64,000 nucleotides of DNA from Thermoanaerobaculia bacterium (GTDB lineage: Bacteria; Acidobacteriota; Thermoanaerobaculia; UBA5066): assembly GCA_963816185.1 (NCBI GenBank), contig CAWFJJ010000025.1, forward strand, positions 320,001-384,000, read 5' to 3'. Each line of letters starts with the position of its first letter. Within the stretch, counting starts at the first letter, position 1. The notes below the pieces were generated by a model that saw nothing but the letters and a program-made list of their open reading frames with translations, searched no databases and was not told the DNA's origin. Made by a program: the position numbers and the translations under genes. This document shows, piece after piece, positions 20,976 through 30,368 of this stretch.

Positions 20976-21230
20976 TCATGCGCCCGCGAGGAGCTTGCGG
21001 ATCTCGTCCACCTTCGGGATGCGGCCCGAGAGGACGACCTTGCCGTCGACGGCGACGCCCGGCGTGGCGAGAAGGCCCAGCTCGATCATTCGCTCCATCG
21101 ACTCGACCTTCTCGACGTCGGCCTCCAGATGGTCGGCCTCCACGGCCTGCAGCACGACGCGGTAGGTTTCCTTGCAGCGGGCGCAGCCCGGACCGAGGAT
21201 CTCGATCTTCTTGTGTGCGATGTTCTCCAT
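20976..21230 (-). CDS. Small thioredoxin-family protein (paralog of 8766..9020)
   Basis: KKIEILGPGCARCKET...DHLEADVEKVES, nearly identical to the first copy. Confidence 0.9.
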   Translation of the reverse strand: MENIAHKKIEILGPGCARCKETYRVVLQAVEADHLEADVEKVESMERMIELGLLATPGVAVDGKVVLSGRIPKVDEIRKLLAGA

Positions 21231-21284
21231 GACGATCTCCTTGATTTCATCTCCCGGTCATGCCTTTGCGAGAGGTTGCTCCGT

Positions 21285-21306
21285 CATTTCGCTACATGCC
21301 GAAATG
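21285..21306. promoter_or_regulatory. ArsR-type operator, second copy
   Basis: CATTTCG-CTACATGC-CGAAATG; flanks CGT and TAT are shared with the 10569 copy. Confidence 0.7.
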
Positions 21307-21408
21307 TATTCGTCCGGCGACACCCCGAACCATGATTCGCCTGCATCACGCATGTGCGTTGACATCCGCGAGCGCCGCGGCACAGAATTTACGAAGGGCG
21401 ATAGAGCG

Positions 21409-22584
21409 ATGGAGCTCGCTCCCACGGCCGCGAAGGCGGATGACTCCTGGATCGGCAAGAGGGAGTCACACGTGTCCGGAAACGGACGCGCTCTCCAGGA
21501 TCTCCTCGCGCCCTCGGGTCTCAGGCTCAACGGCGACGCGCCGTGGGATCCCAGAGTTCACGACGAGCGGTTCTACGGTCGCGTCCTCGCGAACGGGTCG
21601 CTCGGCCTCGGGGAGAGCTACGTCGACGGCTGGTGGGATTGCGAGGATCTCGAGACGTTCTTCTGGCGCCTCCTCACGGCGGGGCTGGCGCAAAAGGTCA
21701 AAGTCTGGCGCGATCTCCCGCGAGTCGCCCTGGCGCGGCTCCAGAACCGGGGGCGGCGGTCGCGGGCATTCGAAATCGGCGAGCGCCACTACGATCTCGG
21801 CAACGACCTCTACGAAACGATGCTCGACCGGCGCATGACGTACAGCTGCGGGTATTGGACCCGCGCCCGCACCCTGGACGAGGCGCAGGAAGCGAAGCTG
21901 GACCTCATCTGCCGTAAGGCGGGCCTGAAGGCGGGGATGCGCGTCCTCGACATCGGCTGCGGCTGGGGTTCTTTCGCGGCGTTCGCCGCGGAGCGCTACG
22001 GAGTTTCGGCCGTCGGCATCACCGTCTCCAAAGAGCAGATCGAGCTGGGCCGTCGGCGGACGGCCGGGATGCCCGTCGAGCTTCTCCTCAAGGACTACCG
22101 CGACCTCGACGGGACCTTCGACGCGATCGTGTCGGTCGGCATGTTCGAGCACGTCGGGCGCCGGAACTATCGGACGTTCTTCGACGTGGCGCGCCGCTGC
22201 CTCGCTCCGGGGGGCCTCTTCGTCCTCCACACGATCGGAACCCGGCTGTCCACCCTTTCGTGCGACCCGTGGATCGAGAAATACATCTTCCCGAACAGCC
22301 TCGTTCCGTCGATGGCTCAGATCACCGCGGCGCTCGAGGGCCGCTTCGTCATCGAAGACTGGCAGAACATCGGGCCGGACTACGAGCCCACGCTGGCGGC
22401 CTGGTTCTCGAACTTCCGCGCCGGCTGGGACCGGCTCCAGGCGCGATACTCCGACCGCTTCTACCGCCTGTGGTCGTACTACCTGCGCGCCTGCGCGGGA
22501 TCCTTCCGCGCGCGGTACAACGACGTCTGGCAGCTCGTGCTTTCGCGCGACGGGCTGCAGGGCGGGTACGAAGCGGTCCGCTAG
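21409..22584 (+). CDS. cfa: Cyclopropane-fatty-acyl-phospholipid synthase
   Basis: HYDLGNDLY, MTYSCGYW, LDIGCGWG, SVGMFEHVG, WIEKYIFP. Confidence 0.95.
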   Translation: MELAPTAAKADDSWIGKRESHVSGNGRALQDLLAPSGLRLNGDAPWDPRVHDERFYGRVLANGSLGLGESYVDGWWDCEDLETFFWRLLTAGLAQKVKVWRDLPRVALARLQNRGRRSRAFEIGERHYDLGNDLYETMLDRRMTYSCGYWTRARTLDEAQEAKLDLICRKAGLKAGMRVLDIGCGWGSFAAFAAERYGVSAVGITVSKEQIELGRRRTAGMPVELLLKDYRDLDGTFDAIVSVGMFEHVGRRNYRTFFDVARRCLAPGGLFVLHTIGTRLSTLSCDPWIEKYIFPNSLVPSMAQITAALEGRFVIEDWQNIGPDYEPTLAAWFSNFRAGWDRLQARYSDRFYRLWSYYLRACAGSFRARYNDVWQLVLSRDGLQGGYEAVR

Positions 22585-22639
22585 CGCGCCGCGTGCTTCG
22601 CACGCACCGGGGAAAGGCGCGCTAGCAACTGCGAGTAAT

Positions 22640-22665
22640 GGGGGAAACACGGTCGTGTTTCCCCC
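22640..22665. terminator. Hairpin between convergent genes (probable terminator)
   Basis: GGGGGAAACACG-GT-CGTGTTTCCCCC perfect inverted repeat. Confidence 0.5.
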
Positions 22666-22692
22666 TGTACCCCCTTCACCGCTCGAGTATTC

Positions 22693-23832
22693 TCACTTCC
22701 CCGAGGCGCCGCAGGCGCAGTCGCCGCGGAACGCGTCGTTGCCCGGCGGCTCCTTGTTGGCGTGGAAGCAGAAGTCCACGAGCTCTTTCGCCCCGGGACC
22801 CGAGGCCAGCGGCGGCGAATCGGCGTCGACCTTCCGGAATCGCGCCGTGAGCGTGCCGTCGTCGGCCACTTCGATTCGCACGTAGCCGTACCGGATCGAC
22901 TCACCGTATTGCTGCGCGCCCGCGGTCCCGATGATCCAGCCGGGCAGCACCTGTCCGCGGTGCTCGGGCGTGTCGTACACGTTCTCCCGGAAATCGTGCG
23001 AATGGCTCGCGAGGACGTACACGTGCTTGCGCTTGTCCGGAGGTCCGGCGAGGTTCTGCGCGCGGAAAAGGAGGTCGTAGGCCTGCTGGCCCGAGCACAG
23101 CCCCGCGCAGGTCGCGTCCATGGCGTGGCCGCGCGACGTGCTGTAGGGAAGCGCCGCGTGCATGCCGACGACGATCGTCCTCACGGAATCCTTCGCGGCA
23201 TCCGCGGCGAGAACGCGCGCGAGCCAGACGAGCTGCTCCCGCGAGAAGCCGCCCCCGTCCGCGTTGTCCAGGGAGATGAAATCCACGCCTTTGCGGACGA
23301 CCCGGTAGAACGTGCTCCCTTCCGCCGACGAGATGCCGCGCGGGAAGTCCAGGATGCGCTGCTCGTGGATCGGAGATTGCAGCAGCCACTTTCGAAAGGC
23401 CCTGCGGTAATCGTCGCGAGTCCTTCCGAAGAGCTCGTGGTTCCCGATCGCAAGGAGAACCGGCGTCTTCTTGAACGCTCCGAGCTGCCTCTCGATGAAG
23501 TCGTCCCACGCCATGTCGAGGTATTCGGCCATCTCGAAGCGGTCGAGCTGATCCGGCGGCCGGACCGTGCAGTCGTACGAGGGGTGCCGGCGCTTCAGGA
23601 TGTCGCAATCGATGTCGTACATCCGCCGGAAATCCCCGAGGTGCCAATAGAGCTCCGCGGGCGGGCCCGCGGTGTCGCTCTCGATGGCCCGGGCGATCTT
23701 GGGCATCACGAGGTCGCCGCAATCGCGCGAATCTCCCGAGACGGCGAACGCCCAGGCGACTCGGGGAGGAGCCTGAGCAAGAACGGCACCCTCCAGCACG
23801 AGGGCGCCGACCGCCACGAGGACTCTCTTCAT
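22693..23832 (-). CDS. Exported calcineurin-like metallophosphoesterase
   Basis: Signal peptide, SGDSR, HLGD, IGNHE, GMH, SHSH motifs. Confidence 0.75.
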   Translation of the reverse strand: MKRVLVAVGALVLEGAVLAQAPPRVAWAFAVSGDSRDCGDLVMPKIARAIESDTAGPPAELYWHLGDFRRMYDIDCDILKRRHPSYDCTVRPPDQLDRFEMAEYLDMAWDDFIERQLGAFKKTPVLLAIGNHELFGRTRDDYRRAFRKWLLQSPIHEQRILDFPRGISSAEGSTFYRVVRKGVDFISLDNADGGGFSREQLVWLARVLAADAAKDSVRTIVVGMHAALPYSTSRGHAMDATCAGLCSGQQAYDLLFRAQNLAGPPDKRKHVYVLASHSHDFRENVYDTPEHRGQVLPGWIIGTAGAQQYGESIRYGYVRIEVADDGTLTARFRKVDADSPPLASGPGAKELVDFCFHANKEPPGNDAFRGDCACGASGK

Positions 23833-23855
23833 GAAATCTCCTTGCGCCGTCCGGT

Positions 23856-24965
23856 TCAGCGTGCCGCCACGCCCTCGATCTTCCGGATACGCGCGTTGAA
23901 CGAGTCGACGACGTAGAGGTTGCCTTTGCCGTCGAGGCCGAGCCCGATCGGGAAGTTGAGCCTGGCCTTCACGGCGGGGCCGCCGTCCCCCTCGAAACCT
24001 GGTTTGCCGTCGCCCGCCACGGTCGTCAGAATCCCCGTCTTCGCGTCGAGGCGCCGGATCGCGTGGTTCTGTGTGTCCGCGATGAAGACGTTGTCCGCGC
24101 CGTCGATGACGAGTGACGCCGGCTGGTTGAGCTGCGCGTTTTGGCCGGGGCCGCCGTCTCCGGTGTAGTTGCCCATGCCGTTGCCCGCGGCGACCACGAC
24201 CTGGCCCGTCTTCGCGTCGAGCTTCAGGACGCGTTCGTTTCCGGTCGCGCAGAACCAGAGATTGCCCGCGCGGTCGACCCGCGGCGAGTTGGGCCAGGCC
24301 ATGCCGGTCTCGAGCGCCTTCCCCGGTCGGCCGTTGAAGGCCATGTCGCCGTTTCCGGCTAGCGTCTCGATCCGGCCGGACTTGAAGTCGAGGCGTCTCA
24401 GGCGGGCGTTCATCGTATCGGCGATCAGGAGCCGGCCTTCGCGATCGAAAGCGAGGCCGCCGGGCCGCGCGAGGCCGGTCTGGGACGCGAGGCCGTCTCC
24501 CGTGAAGACGTTCTTCCGGATGCCGGCGACCGTCGTGATGAGCTTCGTCTTCGCGTCGACGCGCCGGAGAACGTAATTCGCGGCGTCCGCGATGTAGAGG
24601 TTGCCGTGGCGGTCGAACGCGACCTCCGACGGGGATTTCAGGGCCGCTGCGGTGGCCAGGCCGCCGTCGCCCGCGAAGCTCGCACGGCCGCTGCCCGCGA
24701 CGGTCTCGAGCACTCCCGTCTTTCTGACGATGCGCCGCACGCGCGAGGCGTTGGCTTCGGAGAAGACGAGATTGCCGTCGGGATCGAAGACGACGTTCGA
24801 GACCGAGTCGAGCGCGAGCGCGAGCGAGGACGTTTTCGCGAGGCTGCCGTCGGGCGAGAACGCGTGGGTGCCGTTGCCGGCGATCGTCGTGATCGTCTGG
24901 GCGGCGGAGGGAGACGAGAAGGCGAGCGCGGCGGCGAGGGTGAAGGCGGGCCCGTGACATGTCAC
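23856..24965 (-). CDS. Exported NHL-repeat beta-propeller protein
   Basis: Repeated TxAG.G...GDGG.A..A.L..P..(L/V)A.D..GNLYIAD units. Confidence 0.85.
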   Translation of the reverse strand: MTCHGPAFTLAAALAFSSPSAAQTITTIAGNGTHAFSPDGSLAKTSSLALALDSVSNVVFDPDGNLVFSEANASRVRRIVRKTGVLETVAGSGRASFAGDGGLATAAALKSPSEVAFDRHGNLYIADAANYVLRRVDAKTKLITTVAGIRKNVFTGDGLASQTGLARPGGLAFDREGRLLIADTMNARLRRLDFKSGRIETLAGNGDMAFNGRPGKALETGMAWPNSPRVDRAGNLWFCATGNERVLKLDAKTGQVVVAAGNGMGNYTGDGGPGQNAQLNQPASLVIDGADNVFIADTQNHAIRRLDAKTGILTTVAGDGKPGFEGDGGPAVKARLNFPIGLGLDGKGNLYVVDSFNARIRKIEGVAAR

Positions 24966-24975
24966 AGTCCGATTA

Positions 24976-26289
24976 TCACAGCACCGGGGAGAGCGCGCGG
25001 GCGCAGAAGTCGCCGAATGCGTGAAGCGACGTCCGCCGGCTCCACGCCGAGAGCGTGACCTCTTTCGATCCGGCGAGGTCCAGGGTGAACTGCCTTTCGA
25101 GCGATTCCGCGACCGCGCCGTCGAGAACCACTGCGTTGCATTCGGAGTTGAAGTGGAAAGACCGGAAGTCCATGTTCGTCGAGCCGACCATCGAGGCGAA
25201 GCCGTCGACGACGAGGGACTTCGCGTGGAGGACGGATCTTTCGTACTCGAAGATCCTCACGCCCCGCTCGAGCAGGTATCGGAAGACGCCGTGCCCGGCA
25301 TGCCGCACGAGCGGAACGTCGCTCGCCCCCGGAAGGAGGAGCCGAACGTCGACCCCGCGCGCGGCCGCCCGGGCGAGGATCGGCAGGGCGCCGCGGCGTG
25401 GAGCGAAGTACGCGTTCGTGAGCCAGAAGGTCCTTCGCGCAGCAGCGCCCATCGCGGCGAGGACCGAAGCCGTCTCCTCGTGCCCGCGGCCGGGGCTCGA
25501 GTCGAGGACGAGGATCGACGCTCCCTTGGGAGCCGCCTCGTCCAACGGCGTGAGCTCCAGAGGCTGGATCTCGAAGGGCCTCCCGCCGGCACGGTCCCAA
25601 CCTTCCTGGAAGACGATGGCCATCTCCCAGGCGGCGGGCCCTTCGAGCCGCGCGTGCGTATCGCGCCAGAGCTCCGAGCCACGGCCCTTGAGGGACGAGC
25701 CGTATTCGTCGCCGATGTTCATGCCGCCCGTGAAGGCCACGCGCCGGTCCACGACGAGGATCTTGCGGTGGTCGCGATACGGCTGGTACCAAAGGAAGGG
25801 GAGCAGCGGGTGATAGAGGTGCACCTCGATGTGTCGCTCTTCCATCTGCTGCCAGAACTCCGCTCGCGTGTCGCTCGACCCGAATGCGTCGGCGAGAACG
25901 CGGACGGCGACGCCTCGCCGGGCGGCGGCCGCGAGCGCTTCGACGAACGCGCGGCCGGTGGCGTCGTCCTTGAGGATGTACGCCTCGAGGAGGACTTCGC
26001 GCTCGGCGACCGCGATTGCGTCGCACATCGAGGCGAACGCAGGAGGGCCGTCGAAGAAGACCGTGACGGCGTTGCCCCGGTGGAGAGGCGATGTGTCGAT
26101 CCGCTGGAGGAGCACTTCGAATCCCGGATCACGCACCCCGAGGGCCAGGACCTGGGCGAGACGCCAGACGCGCGTCGGCCTGAGCTCGCGGGGGAGCACG
26201 CGGAAAGCCATCGGACGCAGGACCGGCCTGAGGAACCTCGGCGTCCTCCGCCTGTGCTTCTTTCGGGCGCCGCGTGCGAACACGGACAT
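24976..26289 (-). CDS. Cardiolipin synthase (ClsB-like phospholipase D)
   Basis: Two HKD motifs (HRKILVVD, HAKSLVVD), GGMNIG, GSTNMD. Confidence 0.9.
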   Translation of the reverse strand: MSVFARGARKKHRRRTPRFLRPVLRPMAFRVLPRELRPTRVWRLAQVLALGVRDPGFEVLLQRIDTSPLHRGNAVTVFFDGPPAFASMCDAIAVAEREVLLEAYILKDDATGRAFVEALAAAARRGVAVRVLADAFGSSDTRAEFWQQMEERHIEVHLYHPLLPFLWYQPYRDHRKILVVDRRVAFTGGMNIGDEYGSSLKGRGSELWRDTHARLEGPAAWEMAIVFQEGWDRAGGRPFEIQPLELTPLDEAAPKGASILVLDSSPGRGHEETASVLAAMGAAARRTFWLTNAYFAPRRGALPILARAAARGVDVRLLLPGASDVPLVRHAGHGVFRYLLERGVRIFEYERSVLHAKSLVVDGFASMVGSTNMDFRSFHFNSECNAVVLDGAVAESLERQFTLDLAGSKEVTLSAWSRRTSLHAFGDFCARALSPVL

Positions 26290-26311
26290 CTCGCTGCGCT
26301 AGCATCGCACG

Positions 26312-27349
26312 ATGTCCGAAGACGGCGCGCGCTCCGTTCTGCACGGCGAGATTCGCGAGCAGCCCGAGGCCGTCGCACGCCTTCTGGCGCGAGAGCGCCG
26401 GAACGCGGCGGCACTCGCCGCCCTCTGGCGCCGCTTGGACGTCCCGTTCGTCCTCGTCGCGGCGCGCGGCACGTCGGACAACGCGGCCCGATACGTGAAG
26501 TACGCGTTCGGGCTTTCCTCGCGTCTCCCCGTGGCGCTCGCGGCGCCGTCCCTCGTCACCCTTTACGGGGCGCCGCCGCGGCTCAAGGGCGCGCTCGTCA
26601 TCGGCATCTCCCAATCCGGGCGCTCGCCGGACATCGTCGAGACGATCGCGGCCGCGCGCCGCGACGGATCGCCGACGCTCGCGATCGTGAACGACCCCGA
26701 GAGCCCGCTCGCGCGTGCGGCGGCGGACGTGCTGCCGCTGCACGCAGGCCCGGAGAGAAGCGTCGCGGCGACGAAGACGTACACGACCCAGCTCGCGGCC
26801 GTCGCTCTCCTCGTCCTGTCGTTCGCGCAGCGGAGAAAGGAGCTCGACGCGCTCGCGGCCGTGCCGGACGCCATGGGAAAGGCCCTCTCTTTCGAGCCGG
26901 CCGCGAGCCGCGCGGCGCGCAGGCTCGCGCGCGCGGAGCGCGCCGTCGTCCTTGCGCGAGGCGTGCACTATGCGACGGCGTTCGAGATCGCGTTGAAGCT
27001 GAAGGAGCTCGCGCTCCTCTTCGCCGAGCCTTTTTCAGCCGCCGATTTCCAGCATGGGCCGATCGCGATGGCCGAAGACGATCTTCCCGTCATTCTCGTG
27101 TCGCCGCCGGGGACGCGTCCCGAGGCCGAGATGCGCGCCGTCGGCCTGGACCTGGCGCGCCGCGGGAGCCCGGTGATCCGGATCGGCCCGCGCGGGCCGG
27201 CCGCGATTCCCGTGCCCGAGGTCCCCGAGATTCTCGCGCCGATCGTCTCGGTGATTGCCGGGCAGCTCCTCGCGTACCATGCCGCGCTCACGCGAGGACT
27301 CGACCCCGACCGCCCGCGCGGCATCCGAAAGGTGACCGAAACGCGGTGA
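26312..27349 (+). CDS. Double-SIS-domain sugar-phosphate isomerase/deaminase (GlmS isomerase-like, no glutaminase domain)
   Basis: EIREQP, ARGTS, SQSG, VAATKT, EIALKLKE, DPDRPRGIRKVT. Confidence 0.85.
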   Translation: MSEDGARSVLHGEIREQPEAVARLLARERRNAAALAALWRRLDVPFVLVAARGTSDNAARYVKYAFGLSSRLPVALAAPSLVTLYGAPPRLKGALVIGISQSGRSPDIVETIAAARRDGSPTLAIVNDPESPLARAAADVLPLHAGPERSVAATKTYTTQLAAVALLVLSFAQRRKELDALAAVPDAMGKALSFEPAASRAARRLARAERAVVLARGVHYATAFEIALKLKELALLFAEPFSAADFQHGPIAMAEDDLPVILVSPPGTRPEAEMRAVGLDLARRGSPVIRIGPRGPAAIPVPEVPEILAPIVSVIAGQLLAYHAALTRGLDPDRPRGIRKVTETR

Positions 27350-27378
27350 ACGGCCGCCGTCTCTGCTAGTGTTCTCCC

Positions 27379-27762
27379 ATGCGAAGCTCATCTCACGTGA
27401 GGCTCGCCGGCATTCTGGCCGCCGCCTCGGCGCTCGCCCTTCTCGCGGGCTGCGCGTCCTCCCGCGGCTCGACGGAGGGGCCGATCGTGGCCGAGGCGAA
27501 GGATCTGCCCGACCACTTCATGGTCGCCGCCACCGGGCTCGCCCAGAAGGAAGAGCCGAGGGCCGGCGAGGGGTGCCGCAACCCGATGGTGGATCCGAGG
27601 AATGGCACGGCCTTGAACCTCATGCGCTCGAGGAACGGCGTCGGCGACTACCAGGTTCTCGGCAACCGATACGAGCTCGATTCGACGTACGGCGTGGATT
27701 CGCGCCATCTCCTCAGGGTCGACTGCGCGACGGGAAAGGCGCTCGGAATCGTTGACCAGTAG
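27379..27762 (+). CDS. Hypothetical lipoprotein
   Basis: LLAGC lipobox, plausible codon usage. Confidence 0.65.
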   Translation: MRSSSHVRLAGILAAASALALLAGCASSRGSTEGPIVAEAKDLPDHFMVAATGLAQKEEPRAGEGCRNPMVDPRNGTALNLMRSRNGVGDYQVLGNRYELDSTYGVDSRHLLRVDCATGKALGIVDQ

Positions 27763-27781
27763 CAGGCGGCTGGCCGCCGGC

Positions 27782-29146
27782 TCAACGAGCGCGCTCCTCG
27801 TCGCGGGCGGAAGCCTTCTTGGCCTCGTCGAGAAGGCAGCGTGCTTCCGAGAGAAGGCACGCGCTCCGAACGTTCTCCCGTTCGAGGAGCCCCCGCAGGA
27901 TTTCGACGGTCCGCCGCGGGCGGCGGGCGTTCCTCTCGAGGATCGCGAGATCGAGGAGCGTCCGCGCGTTGTCCCACCCGCCCGCCTGGACCTGCCGGCC
28001 CATCGTCTCTCCCACATCGAGGAGATCCGGGTCGTGGACCCGCGCGAGCCCCGCGAGGAGAGCGGGATCCGCCGCCATGAAGGGCTCCCGGCCTGCGAGC
28101 GCGATCCGGAAGGCCGCAGCGGCTCCGGGATCGCCCTTCCACTGAAGCGCGAGCGCGCGGTCGATCGCCTCTTCGACCGGGAAGAGACGTCGTGCCTCCT
28201 GGACGAGCTGCACGAAGCGGCGGAGAAACGAGAGGACGAAGGGAGAGCGCAAAGGGTTCGCGTACGACAGGCGAAAGGGCGCCGAAAGGCCCGGACCCTC
28301 CGCGATCAGGATCAGCGCGAGACCGCGGTCGGGCAAGCGGAAGAAGAGCGCCGAGGCTTCGGGGCACTCGCCGAACGCCCAGACCATCCTCTCTCCCGCC
28401 GACCACGACACGAACCATCCCAGGCCGTAAGGGAGAAAGCCGTTCGGTGTGAATGTGGGAGATGTCATGCGACGAAGCGGCTCCGGCGCGAGAAGTCGAC
28501 CCCTGGTCAGGGCGGCTTCGAGCCGCGCGAGATCGCATGCGTTCGAAGAGAGTCCGGCCGCGGCGGAAAGCGAGGCGGTCGCTCGCGTCGAAACGAGGCG
28601 CGCCGGACGAAGCACCTCACTCTCGAGAACGTCGGTGAACTTCCTGCCCGAGGCGCGTTCGAGAATCCGCGTCAGCCGCGCGAATTCGGCGCTCTCGTGC
28701 TGAAACGTCGAACCCGGCGTCTCCTCCGAGGAGTGGGAGAGAAGGTGCCGGACGAGGACGGTGGGAGGTCCCGCGAAGGAGGGATCGAGGTCGGCCACGG
28801 GAGCGTCGAGGCTGAGCTTCCCGCGCCCCTCGAGGCGCAGCGCGGCGATGGCAGTGAAGGCCTCCGTCAGGCTCCCGATGGGGAGAGCGGCATCCGGGAT
28901 CGCCGTTCCGAACTCGTGGGACCACTCGAGGTCTCCGTTCCGGACGACCGCCGCCTGAAGGCCGGGGATTGCGAGGAACGTTCTGAGATCCTCGACGTCG
29001 GCCGCGAAGGCGTCGAGGTTCTCTCTCTCCTTGGAAGAAGGCGGATTGGGACGCGATAGAGACGAGCTCGCGTAGCCGCCGTCCAGCAGAAGGGACAGGA
29101 CGGCCGTGACGAGTTTGACCCGGCCCGGGCACCGCGACGGCATCAT
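27782..29146 (-). CDS. Beta-lactamase/serine hydrolase-like protein with degenerate catalytic motifs
   Basis: IPGL.AAVV, IGSLT, VRHLLSHSS, PG..F, YGLGW; helical C-terminus. Confidence 0.7.
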   Translation of the reverse strand: MMPSRCPGRVKLVTAVLSLLLDGGYASSSLSRPNPPSSKERENLDAFAADVEDLRTFLAIPGLQAAVVRNGDLEWSHEFGTAIPDAALPIGSLTEAFTAIAALRLEGRGKLSLDAPVADLDPSFAGPPTVLVRHLLSHSSEETPGSTFQHESAEFARLTRILERASGRKFTDVLESEVLRPARLVSTRATASLSAAAGLSSNACDLARLEAALTRGRLLAPEPLRRMTSPTFTPNGFLPYGLGWFVSWSAGERMVWAFGECPEASALFFRLPDRGLALILIAEGPGLSAPFRLSYANPLRSPFVLSFLRRFVQLVQEARRLFPVEEAIDRALALQWKGDPGAAAAFRIALAGREPFMAADPALLAGLARVHDPDLLDVGETMGRQVQAGGWDNARTLLDLAILERNARRPRRTVEILRGLLERENVRSACLLSEARCLLDEAKKASARDEERAR

Positions 29147-29173
29147 CGGGCCGTCGATCATAAGATCGGATCC

Positions 29174-30331
29174 ATGCGATTTTCCTTCTTGACGCACCTG
29201 TCCTGCACGAAGTGCGGAGCGCGCGAGGACCCGGGAAGCTTCTCAACGTCTGCACGAGGGCCGGCTGCGGGGGCGCGCTCTTCGCGGAGTACGCGGCGGA
29301 CGCGCTCTCGAAAGACGACACGCGCCGGCCGCCCGCGCTCGATCTGGCGCTGGCACGAGCTGATGCCCGCGCGCCGGCCCGAGGACATCGTATCCCTGGG
29401 CGAAGGCGGGACGCCGCTCCTCCACGCGAAGCGCCTCGGAGAGAAGAACGCGATGCCGCGGCTCTACATCAAGGAGGAGGCGGGCAACCCGACCGGCTCT
29501 TTCAAGGCGCGCGGGCTCGGCGCGGCCGTCACGATGGCGAAGGCGCTCGGCGCGAAGAAGCTCGCGCTCCCGACCGCGGGAAACGCGGGCGGCGCCGCAG
29601 CGGCATACGCGGCGGCCGCGGGTCTCGAGTGTCACGTCTTCATGCCGAGAGACACGCCGAAAATCTTCCGGATCGAGTGCGAGGCGTATGGCGCGCACGT
29701 GACGCTCGTGGACGGCCTCATCGACGACTGCGGCCGGATCGTCGCGCAGAAGAAGGACGCGGAAGGCTGGTTCGACGTGTCCACGCTCAAGGAGCCGTAC
29801 CGCGTCGAAGGCAAGAAGACGATGGGCTACGAGCTGGCCGAGGACTTCGGCTGGACGCTGCCAGACGTCGTCATCTACCCGACGGGCGGCGGAACTGGGC
29901 TGATCGGGATGTGGAAGGCGTTCGACGAGATGGAGCGCCTCGGGTGGATCGGCTCCGCGCGCCCGCGCATGGTCTCGGTGCAGGCGGAGGGCTGCGCGCC
30001 GATTCCGAAGGCCTTCGCGGAAGGGAAGGACGTCTCGGTGAGGTTCGAGAACGCGCGGACGTACGCGTCGGGCCTGCGCGTCCCGAAGGCGTATGCGGAC
30101 TACCTGATCCTGAAGGTCCTGCACGCCTCGAAGGGTGAAGCCGTCGCCGTCACGGACGACGAGATGCGGCGCGGCGCGAACGAGCTGGCGTCCTTTGAGG
30201 GCCTCTTTGCCGCACCCGAGGGCGGCGCCGCGTGGGAAGCGGTCAAGAAGCTCGTGGCCGAGGGCAAGGTCGACCGCGGCGAGCGCGTCGTCGTCTTCGA
30301 CACGGGCACGGGCTACAAGTACGTGGAGTGA
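29174..30331 (+). CDS. thrC: Threonine synthase-like PLP enzyme (compensating frameshifts around 29230-29330)
   Basis: SLGEGGTPL, NPTGSFKARG, TAGNAG, EGKKTMG, YPTGGG. Confidence 0.8.
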   Translation: MRFSFLTHLSCTKCGAREDPGSFSTSARGPAAGARSSRSTRRTRSRKTTRAGRPRSIWRWHELMPARRPEDIVSLGEGGTPLLHAKRLGEKNAMPRLYIKEEAGNPTGSFKARGLGAAVTMAKALGAKKLALPTAGNAGGAAAAYAAAAGLECHVFMPRDTPKIFRIECEAYGAHVTLVDGLIDDCGRIVAQKKDAEGWFDVSTLKEPYRVEGKKTMGYELAEDFGWTLPDVVIYPTGGGTGLIGMWKAFDEMERLGWIGSARPRMVSVQAEGCAPIPKAFAEGKDVSVRFENARTYASGLRVPKAYADYLILKVLHASKGEAVAVTDDEMRRGANELASFEGLFAAPEGGAAWEAVKKLVAEGKVDRGERVVVFDTGTGYKYVE

Positions 30332-30368
30332 GGCCTGGCCATGCCGGAGGCGAAAGCGCTGAGCGAGT

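Noticed and set aside
3483-21309. Island as a mobile element
   Set aside because: Codon usage looks patchy (e.g. 6300-8700), but no integrase, transposase, tRNA or flanking direct repeats were found.
22693-24960. 755-aa ORF, and similar N-terminal extensions (53763, 45591, 30864..32717, 41773..43815)
   Set aside because: The extensions overlap neighbouring genes. True starts with RBS or signal peptides are internal.
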